Below, one piece after another: positions 40,692 to 54,439 of a DNA stretch of 64,000 nt (position 1 is its first letter; each line of letters opens with the position of its first letter). The notes under the pieces were generated by a model. That model did no database searches. It was given only the letters and a program-made list of their open reading frames with translations, and was not told the DNA's origin. Source of the stretch: Eledone cirrhosa (lineage: Eukaryota); the NCBI GenBank assembly GCA_964016885.1, contig OZ024745.1, positions 23,994,001-24,058,000 of the forward strand. Reading direction: 5' to 3'. The translations under genes were made by a program, and so were the position numbers.

Positions 40692-41215
40692 AAAAAATGT
40701 ATTCACACTTTGATTACCTGTACAGGCAATATTTATTAGGATGCTGTTGAAGTGTGTATATATTTTTGGGGGACATGGAATGACGCCCATTCATATGTAT
40801 AAAGATATAGGATTCTAGAAGAAGTGGTAAGAAGAGCTAATTAATTATTAATCAATCTTTAATTATTAAACATCATTTAATTAATACAGAAAAATTAAAT
40901 ATTAATTACTAACAAGTCTGGTGCTGAGAGAAAATAAAATATTTACGGCTCCAAATAATTATCTATTCTGAAATAAATACCTTTACTGTTGTAAACTAAA
41001 AATGGAAGTAAGTATAGTGACAGTTATGAATGACTAAACAAAAAATGTATGCAAGGACATGATACCCGTAGATGGAATGGACCTCCGTTGGTTTCGACGA
41101 TGAATATGTCAATTGTTCGATCAACGGAACAGCTTGCTCATGTCACACAGTCAGATTGAACTCGGGACCTAATAATTGCGAAACGACTTATATATATGTG
41201 GAGCTACCACTATAG

Positions 41216-41299
<84 letters not shown>

Positions 41300-41305
41300 C
41301 CCCTC

Positions 41306-41343
<38 letters not shown>

Positions 41344-41388
41344 GCTCTCGCTCTCTCTCTCTCTCTCTCACTCTCTCTCTCTCTCTCG

Positions 41389-41451
<63 letters not shown>

Positions 41452-41457
41452 GGATAA

Positions 41458-41489
<32 letters not shown>

Positions 41490-42212
41490 CTAGATAGATA
41501 TATAGATATGTGTGTTTGTATGAGTGCGTGTGAAAGAGTATTTATGTATATATATACCCACGTGTGTGTGTGTGTATTTGTGTATTATCAATTCATATTT
41601 TCCCTACCTCACCATCCCTCGATTACATATCCCCCCTCCCGCCCCCCCTCTCACACACTCCACCACCACCCCAGACTTTTCAATTTCGTGTTGACAGTCA
41701 ATTCCAGATAGCCTTTGATCTTTATATACACCGAACAACACTTGATGTTTCTTTAACTGGCTAATCACCTTATGGCGCTGCAAGTCGTTGGACCTTGTTA
41801 TGGCGCCGACACTTGCGTCAGTTATAGGAGCAGAGACATCTAGCGAGAAATTTCCTCCATACACATACACACACACACACATCCACTCACGCAAAAATAT
41901 CTCTCCTCTACACATACGTCCACTCACAAACACTTACACACATGGACACTTGCACACGCATACATGCGCACACTCACAAACGTCACACACGCACACTCAG
42001 GCACTCACCCATATACGCACAAACCATCACACATACATATGTCCACTGAAATATACATACATCCATGGACACATACACACGCACTCACACACATACACAC
42101 AGACACACATAAAAAGTCAGATGCACACATATACGCAACAGGAAATGACTTTCGTGACTATGGAATAAATCGAATCTAAGAAACTGGTGGTGTTCTTGTT
42201 TATATATATATG

Positions 42213-42332
<120 letters not shown>

Positions 42333-42366
42333 GCGATGTATATATATAGATGTGTGGCGATGTATG

Positions 42367-42420
<54 letters not shown>

Positions 42421-42584
42421 TGTGTGGCTATGTATGTGTATATGTAGGTGTGAGACTATGTATGTATGTGTATATGTATGTATGTGACTATGTATGTGTG
42501 ATCTTCTTTAGGTATGTGTATCTGTAGGTGTGTGCGGATGTATGTGCCCTTGTAGGTGTGTTTTATGGAAGCACATGTCAGCAG

Positions 42585-44952
42585 GTGTGTTTATGTGACA
42601 ATGCAGGTGTGTGTTTGAGTATATATGTGACAATGCAGGTGTGTGTTTGTTTATGTACGTGACAATGCAGGTGTGTTTATGTGTATGTATGTGACAATGC
42701 AGGTGTGTGTTTGTTTATGTATGTGACAATGCAGGTGTGTATTTGAGTATGTATGTGACAATGCAGGTGTGTATTTGAGTATGTATGTGACAATGCAGGT
42801 GTGTGTTTATGTGTATGTATGTGACAATGCAGGTGTGTGCTTATGTGTATGTATGTGACAATGCAGGTGTGTGTTTGAGTATGTATGTGACAATGCAGGT
42901 GTGTATTTGAGTATGTATGTGACAATGCAGGTGTGTGTTTGTTTATGTATGTGACAATGCAGGTGTGTGTTTGTTTATGTATGTGACAATGCAGGTGTGT
43001 ATTTGAGTATGTATGTGACAATGCAGGTGTGTGTTTGAGTATGTATGTGACAATGCAGGTGTGTATTTGAGTATGTATGTGACAATGCAGGCGTGTGTTT
43101 GAGTATGTATGTGACAATGCAGGTGTGTGTTTGTTTATGTATGTGACAATGCAGGTGTGTGTTTGTTTATGTATGTGACAATGCAGGTGTGTTTATGTGT
43201 ATGTATGTGACAATGCAGGTTTGTGTTTATGTGTATGTATGTGACAATGCAGGTGTGTGTTTGAGTATATATGTGACAATGCAGGTGTGTGTTTGAGTAT
43301 GTATGTGACAATGCAGGTGTGTGTTTGTTTATGTATGTGACAATGCAGGTGTGTGTTTGTTTATGTATGTGACAATGCAGGTGTGTATTTGAGTATGTAT
43401 GTGACAATGCAGGTGTGTTTATGTGTATGTATGTGACAATGCAGGTGTGTGTTTATGTGTATGTATGTGACAATGCAGGTGTGTGTTTGAGTATATATGT
43501 GACAATGCAGGTGTGTGTTTGAGTATGTATGTGACAATGCAGGTGTGTGTTTGTTTATATATGTAACAATGCAGGTGTTTGTTTATGTGTATGTATGTGA
43601 CAATGCAGGTGTGTGTTTGAGTATGTATGTGACAATGCAGGTGTGTGTTTGAGTATGTATGTGACAATGCGGGTGTGTGTTTGAGTATGTATGTGACAAT
43701 GCAGGTGTGTGTTTGAGTATGTATGTGACAATGCAGGTGTGTGTTTGAGTATGTATGTGACAATGCAGGTTTGAGTATGTATGTGAGAATGCAGGTGTGT
43801 GTTTATGTGTATGTATGTGACAATGCAGGTCTGTGTTTAAGTACGTATGTGACAATGCAGGTTTGAGTATGTATGTGAGAATGCAGGTGTGTGTTCATGT
43901 GTATGTATGTAACAATGCAGGTGTGTGTTTAAGTATGTATGTGACAATGCAGGTGTGTGTTTGAGTATGTATGTGACAATGCAGGCGTGTGTTTGAGTAT
44001 GTATGTGACAATGCAGGTGTGTGTTTGAGTATGTATGTGACAATGCAGGTGTATGTTTGTTTATGTATGTGACAATGCAGGTGTGTGTTTGAATATGTAT
44101 GTGACAATGCAGGTGTATGTTTGTTTATGTATGTGACAATGCAGGTGTGTGTTTGAGTATGTTAGTGACAATGCAGGTGTGTGTTTGTTTATGTATGTGA
44201 CAATGCAGGTGTGTGTTTATGTGTATGTATGTGACAATGCAGGTGTGTGTTTGAGTATGTATGTGACAATGCAGGTGTGTGTTTGTTTATGTATGTGACA
44301 ATGCAGGTGTGTGTTTATGTTTATGTATGTGACAATGCAGGTGTTTGTTTATGTGTATGTGACAATGCAGGTGTGTGTTTATGTGTATGTATGTGACAAT
44401 GCAGGTGTATGTTTGTTTATGTATGTGACAATGCAGGTGTGTGTTTGTTTATGTATGTGACAATGCAGGTGTATGTTTGAGTATGTATGTGACAATGCAG
44501 GTGTATGTTTGTTTATGTATGTGACAATGCAGGTGTGTGTTTGAGTATGTATGTGACAATGCAGGTGTGTGTTTGAGTATGTACGTGACAATGTAGGTGT
44601 GTGTTTATGTGTATGTATGTGACAATGCAGGTGTGTGTTTATGTGTATGTATGTGACAATGCAGGTGTGTGTTTGTTTATGTAAGTCACAATGCAGGTGT
44701 ATGTTTGTTTATGTATGTGACAATGCAGGTATATGTTTGTTTATGTATGTGACAATGCAGGCGTGTGTTTGTTTATGTGTGACAATGCAGGTGTGTGTTT
44801 GTTTATGTATGTGACAATGCAGGTGTGTGTTTGTTTATGTATGTGACAATGCAGGTCTGTGTTTATGTGTATGTATGTGACAATGCAGGTGTGTGTTTGT
44901 TTATGTATGTGACAATGCAGGTGTATGTTTGTTTATGTATGTGACAATGCAG
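42585..44952. repeat. About 32-bp minisatellite, about 70-75 copies
   Basis: Unit GTGACAATGCAGGTGTGTGTTTGAGTATGTAT with 30- and 34-bp variants. Confidence 0.96.
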
Positions 44953-46035
44953 TGTATACATGTGTATGTGTGTGATGTATACATGTGTATGTATGTGATG
45001 TATAATGTGTGTGTGTGTGATGTATACATGTGTATGTATGTGATGTGTACATGTGTATGTATGTGATGTATAATGTGTATGTGTGTGATGTGTACATGTG
45101 TATGTGTGTGATGTATACATGTGTATGTATGTGATGTATACATGTGTATGTATGTGATGTATAATGTGTATGTGTGTGATGTATACATGTGTATGTGTAT
45201 GATGTGTACATGTGTATGTGTGTGATGTGTACATGTGTATGTGTGTGATGTATACATGTGTATGTATGTGATGTATACATGTGTATGTATGTGATGTATA
45301 CATGTGTATGTAAGTGATGTATACATGTGTATGTGTGTGATGTATACATGTGTATGTGTGTTATGTATACATGTGTATGTGTGTGATGTATACATGTGTA
45401 TGTGTGTGATGTATACAAGTGTATGTATGTGATGTATACATGTGTATGTATGTGATGTATACATGTGTATGTGTGTGATGTGTACATGTGTATATATGTG
45501 ATGTATACATGTGTATGTATGTGATGTATACATGTGTATGTATGTGATGTATACATGTGTATGTGTGTGATGTGTACATGTGTATATATGTGATGTATAC
45601 AGGTGTATGTGTGTGATGTATACATGTGTATGTGTGTGATGTGTACATGTGTGTGTATGTGATGTATACATGTGCGTGTATGTATGTGATTTAGACATGT
45701 GTGTGTATGTATGTGATGTACACATGTGTATGTGTATGATGTACACATGTGTATGCATGTGATGTACACATGTGTGTTTATGTGTTAGATGTACACATTT
45801 GTATGCATGTGATGTACACATGTGTGTTTATGTGTGTGATGTACACATGTCTATGTGTGTGCTGTACACATGTGTATGCATGTGATGTACACATGTGTGT
45901 GTATGTGTGTGATGTACACATGTGTATGTGTGTGATGTACACATGTGTATGCATGTGATGTACACATGTGTGTGTGTGTATGTTATGTACACATATGTGT
46001 ATGTATGTGATGTACACATGTGTGTGTATGTATGT
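44953..46035. repeat. 23-bp minisatellite
   Basis: Unit GTGATGTATACATGTGTATGTRT; period 23 (45431, 45454). Confidence 0.93.
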
Positions 46036-46176
46036 GTGCGCTGTATTTTCTCTTGTCTCTGCCATTGGTAAACAACTATTTACGTTTCAGTGTTTCTATA
46101 TTTGTTTCAAACTGTTTCTCTGCATGCAAATATGTTGTTTGCAAATGGGCTTTTGAAACCGCGCTTGCGTGTGTAA

Positions 46177-46237
<61 letters not shown>

Positions 46238-46283
46238 GATATAAATATACATATATATATATAAATATATATATTCATATATA

Positions 46284-46326
<43 letters not shown>

Positions 46327-46329
<3 letters not shown>

Positions 46330-46722
46330 GAAGTTATATTTAATTTGTTGGGATTCAACAAGCTTAAACATTTTTATAACTGATATAAAGTACTCAACAG
46401 TTTAGTGGAGTAAATATACAATATATTAATAAATGGAAACTATATTTATAAAACCATAATTATTTTATTATATACATTTCAAGGGCGACCAAGGTAAATT
46501 ATGGTGCGCTTTCTTCAGATAAAATACAGATTTGTTTTATAAATATATAGTAACATACCCCGAAAAAGAAAACCTCAACGGTTGAAATTCGCTGGATATT
46601 TATAAAACAAATCTGTATTTTATCTGATGAAAGCGCACCATAATTTACCTTCGTCGCCCTTGAAATATATGTAATAAAATATTTATGGTTTTATAAATAG
46701 AGTTCCCATTTATTAATATATT
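46327..46722. mobile_element. Fold-back pseudo-LTR cassette with two HHRs
   Basis: Inverted arms 46415-46545 / 46596-46722 with the tail on the left. The minus-strand HHR at 46461-46526 has CTGAAGA. Confidence 0.8.
46616..46681 (+). ncRNA. Minimal hammerhead ribozyme
   Basis: tattttat-CTGATGA-aag...ctt-GAAA-T-ATAT-GTA-ataaaata. Confidence 0.78.
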
Positions 46723-47578
46723 GTATATATATATATATATTATATATATATACATACATATCCATATTAATATATATATATATATATGAAAAAGTTAGTC
46801 CTTCATCAGTGATCTTCCAACCATCATTGGTATTTCATCGCTTTAAAGACCATATACCTCCGGTTGGTGCGAGCAACGGCTAAAAAAAGTCTTTGGGACA
46901 CGTAAATAAAGGGCACACGAGAGTGTAAACAAACAAAGATGGTGAAGCAACGAAAAATGAGGAAGAAGGAGTCAAGTCCCACATTTCCATGAATATAAAT
47001 TCGTTGAAATCGTGAACGAGAGAGAATAAAAGACCAGCACACCTGGTTGGAATGTGAGCAAGGAAGGAATTCCGTACAGGTCTAACGGGAGGAAGAAGGG
47101 ATCTAGTCTGTGAATTCGGTGAACGTAAGTTCTGTGAAATCGTAGACGAGAGAGAGAAAAAAAGCGACCTGCCTGACCAAGGCTGCGAAAGAAAAGGTCA
47201 AACGGGAAGAAGGGGGAGGAGGAGAGGTAGTAACAGAGAGTGAGTGAGTGAAGGGTGAGGAAGAGGCTAACAGAGAGAGTGACTGTTAGAGAGGGTAAAG
47301 TTACAGAGAAAGAGCAAGCAGTAAGAACGAAATAGACGGGTCACAGCGGGGGAAAAAATATGCGTAAATATGAGAATAAACGTGCTGCGTGGTTGCTAAT
47401 GGGTTACATATGAATAAAGTTAGTCCTAAAGTAATAATAATAAATTTGAAGACTAAAATCCAAAGAGAGCTCGATAAGGATAAATATATATCAAATATAT
47501 AAGAACCGTAGAGCAAATGTTTATTAGAAGATCCCGTTAAGGGTGAAAGCAGCGATTTTTTGCTTAAATTTTAATCAG

Positions 47579-47640
<62 letters not shown>

Positions 47641-47644
<4 letters not shown>

Positions 47645-47880
47645 GTAGTAACAACAGTTAGTTCACCATACCGAGAACAATTGTTTCACCTTAGTGAATC
47701 CTCAGCTCGTAATAGACATGGTTATACGGAACAGGAAGGACATGCGCAGAAACGATCACTTCACACAGGCAATTGTTCTCGGTATGGTGAACTAACTGTT
47801 GTGTAACCACTTCTACCTAACTCGTCCCATGGACTGAGTGCTCTACCACTACGGATCTTACCTTCCAGTGTTCTACCACT
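47641..47880. mobile_element. Fold-back pseudo-LTR cassette in (TA)n with minus-strand HHR motif
   Basis: 33-bp perfect inverted repeat 47651-47683 / 47770-47802. Minus 47672-47709 reads cgag-CTGAGGA-N11-GAAA-C-AATT-GTT-ctcg (stem II weak). Confidence 0.72.
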
Positions 47881-48229
47881 ATATATATATATATATCAGC
47901 TTCCTAGTGATTTCTCACGAATAAAACAGTTCTAGTCCTGTAGAAGCTGTTTTATATTAAATATTTATACTCTGCTATATATTGAGTACCTTACTTACCG
48001 TGGTTACTTCCGATTGAACCGGGATAAACTTATATATATATATATTGTAAATGGTTTCTGCCCGACTAACTATTTACAATATAAACACTCTGCTTTCTCA
48101 GATATTGAGTACTTAACTGAGCATGGTCTTACTAGTCTAAATCTGTCGGGATTTTACATCTCCCTCTCTCTATATATATGTATATCTATATTATCTATAT
48201 TAATAAAGCTGACGGCCGTATCTAAATAG

Positions 48230-48317
48230 TGACATACCCTTAAAGAATGCGACCATGTCGGTTGGAAGCTCCCGGGAGCTTCCAACCGACATGGTCGCAT
48301 TCTTTAAGGGTATGTCA
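48230..48317. repeat. Perfect spacerless 88-bp palindrome
   Basis: 44-bp arms TGACATACCCTTAAAGAATGCGACCATGTCGGTTGGAAGCTCCC|GGG..., with no mismatch seen. Confidence 0.95.
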
Positions 48318-48535
48318 ATATTTGTTTATAAAACTGATCTATATTATATTTTATCTAATGAAAGTGCCCCATAATTTGCTTTGGTGTTCTTGAAATATGT
48401 ATAATGAAATAAATATGGTTTTATAAATATAGTTTCCATTTGTTAATATATTATATATTATTATATATATATGTCCCAAGGCTCTGATACCATCAACACT
48501 ATAAACACAGAGCTGGCATATCTAAGAACTGACTA

Positions 48536-48591
48536 ACTGCCTGATGAGGTCATAGCCATTCAATGGCTATCATCGAAATATATATAGCAGT
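48536..48591 (+). ncRNA. Minimal type I hammerhead ribozyme
   Basis: actgc-CTGATGA-ggtc atagccat tca atggctat catc-GAAA-T-ATAT-ATA-gcagt. Confidence 0.88.
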
Positions 48592-48954
48592 AAATAAATG
48601 ATTATGAGTTCATGCAATTGACTGATGTTTTGTCACTAATATATACATATATATATATATATATATATTTCTGAAAAATGGCCTAGACATACAATACAAC
48701 AGGAGGAAACATAACAGTACCACTGATGGTGTTACAGATGTGCAACGAAAGAACTTTGTTAGACTATATATATATATTTATATCTGTATTTTTAACCGTT
48801 GGTCAATCAATGATGAACATTGATGGCCAAATAAATTAACTATGGAGATATAAAAGATACAGAAGCGAAAACCAACCAAACTGTGAGTGTGTTCTGTTAT
48901 TATTTCTGGCAATATTATTACAACAATATGATCCTCCCCAAGTATAACAATATA

Positions 48955-49102
<148 letters not shown>

Positions 49103-49160
49103 TAAATACTATAGAATAAAGGAACAAAGAGTCAGTGTTTCATCATAACATATTTAATAC

Positions 49161-49248
49161 CATAGTCATATGTTTCACTATCGATCAGTTCAAGGAACGA
49201 CCTATTATTGATCGAACCTGTCTCTGAAATCGAAAGATCGTCAGATAC
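49161..49248 (-). ncRNA. Decayed hammerhead ribozyme
   Basis: Minus strand: CTGACGA-[about 60 nt]-GAAA-C-ATAT-GAC (triplet mutated). The loop resembles the 27735 family. Confidence 0.5.
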
Positions 49249-49334
49249 GTTTCTGTATGTGACCTCGTATGTGATAAATAAATAAATAAATAAATATATC
49301 TATCTATCTAGGGCGGGTAAAATTCCTGAGTTCG

Positions 49335-49582
49335 ATGGACGAGTTCTCTCCAGTGGTCTCTGTCCCTCATTATCGCTGCCATGTCCTGCTTCTCCAACAG
49401 ACCAGTGTCTGTCCTTAGGGCATCAACATACGTTAACCTTGGTCTTCCTCTTCCAGTGTGTCCATGCAGGGGCTACCTACAGGAGCACTGAGTGCAGTGT
49501 CAACTCTGGATGTCGGTGAACATGTCCAGCTCACCTCAGTCTCCTCTGTGTCACTTTTGAGCTGACTTTTGGGAGACTCCCT
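49335..49582 (-). pseudogene. RTE-like LINE 3' fragment
   Basis: Broken translation LPKVSSKVTQRRLR*AGHVHRH...GRGRPRLTYVD...MRDRDHWRE. Confidence 0.7.
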
Positions 49583-49816
49583 AATTTATATATATATATG
49601 TATGTAAAAGGTAAACAGAAATAACAACACAATCGGTACAGTATATGGAAGGTATATATTAGGTTAACGCTTGATATAGCAGGGAGAGGGTCTGAACATT
49701 TTGGACGCTAATCCTTCATCAGAAGAAAGAATGAGAAATAAAATAGATTGAGCGGACGGGCGGGATGGAATTGGGAAAAAATGTCTTTAGATAAAAATAA
49801 CAGGTCCATTCATGTT

Positions 49817-49850
<34 letters not shown>

Positions 49851-49966
49851 TCTGGAGGAAGACAAATGATTTACATAGTGAACGTATCGGGCATTTGCCC
49901 TTCATCGGGAAAAAACACAAATGGAAAATTGGAAAGAAAATAAAGTTAAAAGATAAAAAATAATAA

Positions 49967-50000
<34 letters not shown>

Positions 50001-50006
<6 letters not shown>

Positions 50007-50400
50007 GATTGGTGCTCTGAAATAGCGATGTACACATGAATGTATGTATAGTTTATTTGGCAATATACCGTAAGTTTAATTAAAAACATTTAGAAGACCA
50101 TACGCTATCAGTTTTAAAGTAGTGACTATGTCACTTACTTCTTTTTGACGAAAGAAGGGAGAGAAGCTAACAGTCTGTTTCACGCTGGTTGGCGTTCATC
50201 AGAGCCACGTACTCCCCTGCTTCCACCGAAAATTATAGAAGCTGGATTCTTATAGAATTCCAGGAGCTGATTATACAGAGCGATTGCCGGTCCAACAAAC
50301 ATTAGGTATTAGGATTGGTGCTCTGAAATAGCGATGTATACATGAATGGATGTATAGTATATTTGGCAAGCAATATATCGTATGTTTAATTAAAAACATT
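50001..50400 (-). mobile_element. Partial-tandem HHR-bearing non-autonomous element (retrozyme-like), copy A
   Basis: About 90-bp direct repeats at 50001 and 50308, in (TA)n. Inverted homologue at 52470-52823. Confidence 0.72.
50165..50206 (-). ncRNA. Hammerhead ribozyme motif
   Basis: Minus strand: ggct-CTGATGA-acgc caacca gcgt-GAAA-CAGACT-GTT-agct. Confidence 0.75.
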
Positions 50401-50404
50401 ATGT

Positions 50405-50471
<67 letters not shown>

Positions 50472-50758
50472 ACATCTGGCAGCCCTTTAACCTTGAACTT
50501 AACACACTGTCATGTAGGTTCCCACAAGCTACACGTGTCTGTGGCATACACACCTTCATATACTTTAATTTACTGATCGAACTGCTCGTCATCGAAAGCA
50601 AGAGACGATCAATTAAATTCAACTCCGTGGGATTCCAACATGTTTCACCATGTTAAGTACATATTCAGATCTCTTTATATAAATACTTTAACACATCTTT
50701 CCACTTACATGTGCACAAGGCATATATATATATATATCTTTCTCTCTCTCTCTCTCTC

Positions 50759-50822
<64 letters not shown>

Positions 50823-51050
50823 CAAGGTAAACAGAAATAACAACAAAATCAGTACAATATATGGCAGGGATATATTAGGTTAACGCTTGATATAGCAGGA
50901 AGAGGGTCTTAACGTTTCGGACGCTACTATCATACACACAACACACACATATATATATATAGTGAATCCCAGGTTCAATCGGGGGTAACCAGAGTTAGTA
51001 AGGTACTCAATTCATTAGTAGAATCGAAACATCATGTTTAATATAGAAAT

Positions 51051-51102
51051 GGCTTCTTCGGGACGATAACTGTTTCATTCAAAAGAAATCATCAGGAAAG
51101 CC
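51051..51102 (-). ncRNA. Decayed hammerhead ribozyme (9125 family)
   Basis: Minus strand: ggctttc-CTGATGA-tttc tttt gaat-GAAA-cag...gaagcc; cleavage site degenerate. Followed by a 15-bp fold-back. Confidence 0.55.
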
Positions 51103-51283
51103 CTGATGATTTCTTTATATATATATGTATATATATATATAAGAATTGAAATACTAGAGTGTGTTGGAGTTAAACACCCTCTTCGTATTATAGAAATGAC
51201 GGTAAAGGTATAGCTCAATGTAATTAAACAGAGCCGAAGAATTATGAAAATAAACCAAAGAAGCCTTCAATACATCAAAAGTC

Positions 51284-51335
51284 TTTATTAGCCAACAATG
51301 TTTCGTCCTATTAAGGACTCATCAGGGCAATTAAA
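51284..51335 (-). ncRNA. Type I hammerhead ribozyme
   Basis: Reverse complement of 52321-52372. Confidence 0.82.
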
Positions 51336-52320
51336 GTTATAAGAAGCACTATCAGCCAATACAAGCCGAAAACTAAGAAGAATATGGAGTGTACATAGAT
51401 TAAATCATAGGATAATAATCGGGTAAAAATTATCAAGTAAAAAATTATCAAGTGAAAATTGCTAAGGAAGTAAGTAACATTTTGAACCATATTACAAATA
51501 TAGTCCAATGCAAAAACTAGAGCTAAAACAGAGGTGGTGATATAGAGCGGGAATTATTGTACTATATATAATATAATATAATATAATATAATATAATATA
51601 ATATAATATAATATAATATAATATAATTAATAATGATAATAATAATAATGTTAAAAGGCCCAATATACATATATATATATACATATGTACACATATATAC
51701 ATATATATCAATACACATTTCCATCAATAGAAGCACAAACTAACCCTTATTAAGAGTTTAAATATAAATAATAATAATAATAATAAAAATAAAAATAAAA
51801 ATACAAATGAAAATAAAATTAAAAATATAATACATATTATATTTACAGTATAAAATGAAGAATAAATGATTAAAAGTAAGCATAAAATATATAATAAACT
51901 ATATAATTATATAATAGATAATCTCCGGTTAATTTGCACAAACAATATAAATGTTACAATAACACTAAAATAACAATATTATAATATAATGGCATATAAC
52001 TTAACAAATCATATAGAGTTACAGAACGGGTGAGAAAAAATATTGTACAGAACTAAATTATATTGGAAAAATTATGTTGGAAAAATATCAAAACCATTGT
52101 AAGAAAATAGATGGAGGTCAAATTTCTATAAAGTTGGTGTAAATAAATATTATCCAAACATTACAAGAATTATAAAAATATAAACATATTACAGGATTTA
52201 CAGAATTTAACATAACATATTATTTTCCTATTTCCGATTATTTTCCTATGATTTAATCTATGTACACTCCATATTCTTCTGAGTTTTCGGCTTGTACTGG
52301 CTGATAGTGCTTCTTATAGC

Positions 52321-52372
52321 TTTAATTGCCCTGATGAGTCCTTAATAGGACGAAACATTGTTGGCTAATAAA
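52321..52372 (+). ncRNA. Type I hammerhead ribozyme
   Basis: tttaattgcc-CTGATGA-GTCC ttaata GGAC-GAAA-C-ATT-GTT-ggctaataaa. Confidence 0.85.
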
Positions 52373-52410
52373 GACTTTTGATGTATTGAAGGCTTCTTTG
52401 GTTTATTTTC

Positions 52411-52469
<59 letters not shown>

Positions 52470-52473
<4 letters not shown>

Positions 52474-52821
52474 CATACGGTATATTGCCAAATATACTAT
52501 ACATACATTCATGTATAAATCGCTATTTCAGAGCACCAATCCTAATACCTGATTTTTGCTGGAATTCTATAAGAACCCAGCTTCTATAATTTTCGGCGAA
52601 AGCAGGGGAGTACGTGGCTCTGATGAACGCCAACCAGCGCGAAACAGACTGTTAGCTTCCCTCCCTTCTTTCGTCAAAAAGAAGTAAGTGACATAGTCAC
52701 TACTTTAAAACTGATAGCGTATGGTCTTCTAAATGTTTTTAATTAAACATACAGTATATTGCCAAATATACTATACATACATTCATGTATACATCGCTAT
52801 TTCAGAGCACCAATCCTAATA

Positions 52822-52823
<2 letters not shown>
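52470..52823 (+). mobile_element. Partial-tandem HHR-bearing element, copy A' (HHR at 52616-52657)
   Basis: About 76-bp direct repeats at 52472 and 52747; ggct-CTGATGA-acgc..gcgc-GAAACAGACTGTT-agct; (TA)n on both sides. Confidence 0.72.
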
Positions 52824-52897
<74 letters not shown>

Positions 52898-52924
52898 TGA
52901 GCACTCTATTGATTTATATTCATC

Positions 52925-53336
52925 ATGCAGAAACAACACCTGAATATTTCTACAAAGAACATACCCGTACCTAGCAGGAAGACATACCTAAAACTTCTGA
53001 TGCAGAAAACATTAAATGGGTGCGTTGGCGTGCCTTTTATTTCGATAACCAGGAAAAAGTGGACAATAAACAGGCTAAATTTGGGTTTAAACTTATAATA
53101 ACCCTCCGAGTAACCCACCATTGCTACCCTTCGAAAATGATGTCTTGGAACTCATACGGAGTATCAAATTTCGGAATAGGAGCAATTCCTTTCAGCAGGA
53201 CCTGAATAATAGAATTCATTCTATTAAGGATTCTAATGCCGTGCACGTCCACTCCGACAAAACTGGCAATCTATATCAAGTGGCGCGTAGTACTTACCAT
53301 CAACTGCTACATAATGCTGTAAATAAGGTCACGTGA
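52925..53336 (+). pseudogene. PLE ORF N-terminal fragment, frameshifted
   Basis: MQKQHLNISTKNIPVPSRKTYLKLL / RWRAFYF..KFGFK / PFENDVLELIRSIKFR..FQQDL..HSDKTGNLY; resembles the N-terminus of YRDD-type PLE ORFs (DKT motif). Confidence 0.7.
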
Positions 53337-53946
53337 GGAAATTTTCAGTAAATTATTCTCTACGAATCACATATGCAAGTCACTTCTAAACATTTCATAT
53401 ACCACTGTCGTTTAAAATATTCAATATTCAATATAATATATTATATATTATATGTTGTCCTTTATTTTTGTGCACATCTGATCAAATGTATGCATTATTT
53501 CAATCCACATCCATTCAGAAATTCACTCACGTCATAGTATATATTCCTTATAATACAATATTCTTTACAGTGTGGCATTGAACGCGAAACTAACCACATT
53601 TCTTTCATTCCATTTAGACATACGCTTCAGATCTTCTTTCAAAAATTTCAATTAATTGCGTTTCCATTTACTACGAAAAAAATATTTTGTCATTATTCAT
53701 ATATTTGATATATCTTTCAGTTTGAGTTTCAAAATTCATTTAAGTATGTATACCTTTTAAATAATGCAATGGGAAATATTGTTCATTTTCTTTATGCATT
53801 TTTCTTTTAAAAATTAACCGCTAAATAAGTGAAATGTAGACGTCATAACGGCAATTTTTCTGGTTTTCCTTCATTTCTTGTGGCACCCAATTTTTCAAAC
53901 TTCTTCGGCTTTCGAAATCGGTTAAAATGTTTTGAAATTTTTTCAA

Positions 53947-54429
53947 TCTAAACTATAATAAAAAAGGAGTGCGGGACTGCGTACGGTTTATAATTTTTTA
54001 TCCCATTAGTAAAATAAGTTGGATTACTTTGAATAAATAATGAATGAATATTACATAATTTATCTACTAAATTTCGTAGCTGTTGATTAAATATATTCTA
54101 TTGTTTATTTAAAGATTCACTTCTTTAAAATTTTCAAATGTCAACACTTCCGGTTAGCGATCGCTTAAATAAACATTCATATATTTCCGTCACTAATTTT
54201 CTCCTAATGCAGTTTATATATAATATCGTCTTTTTTTTAATGTACCATGGATTACGTTACTGATTACATAAGACAGTGTAACGCAGTCTTCGTTCAATTT
54301 CTGTGTCTATTGTCAATTACAATTTTATTTGATGTATCATATCTACATGTATATATACTTGCGTATAATATCAATATGCACACTATACATGCTGGCAGAA
54401 AAACCACCCGAGGGTGGTTTTTCTGCTAG
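53947..54429 (+). mobile_element. Non-autonomous Helitron-like element, complete copy
   Basis: A|TC 5' end, subterminal hairpin AAACCACC-CGAG-GGTGGTTT, CTAG|T 3' end and no TSD. Second copy at 12023. Confidence 0.82.
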
Positions 54430-54439
54430 TGTTAGTAAT

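Noticed and set aside
42677-46065. His/Thr/Cys-rich ORFs suggesting metal-binding repeats
   Set aside because: Read-through of 32-bp and 23-bp minisatellites whose periods are not multiples of three.
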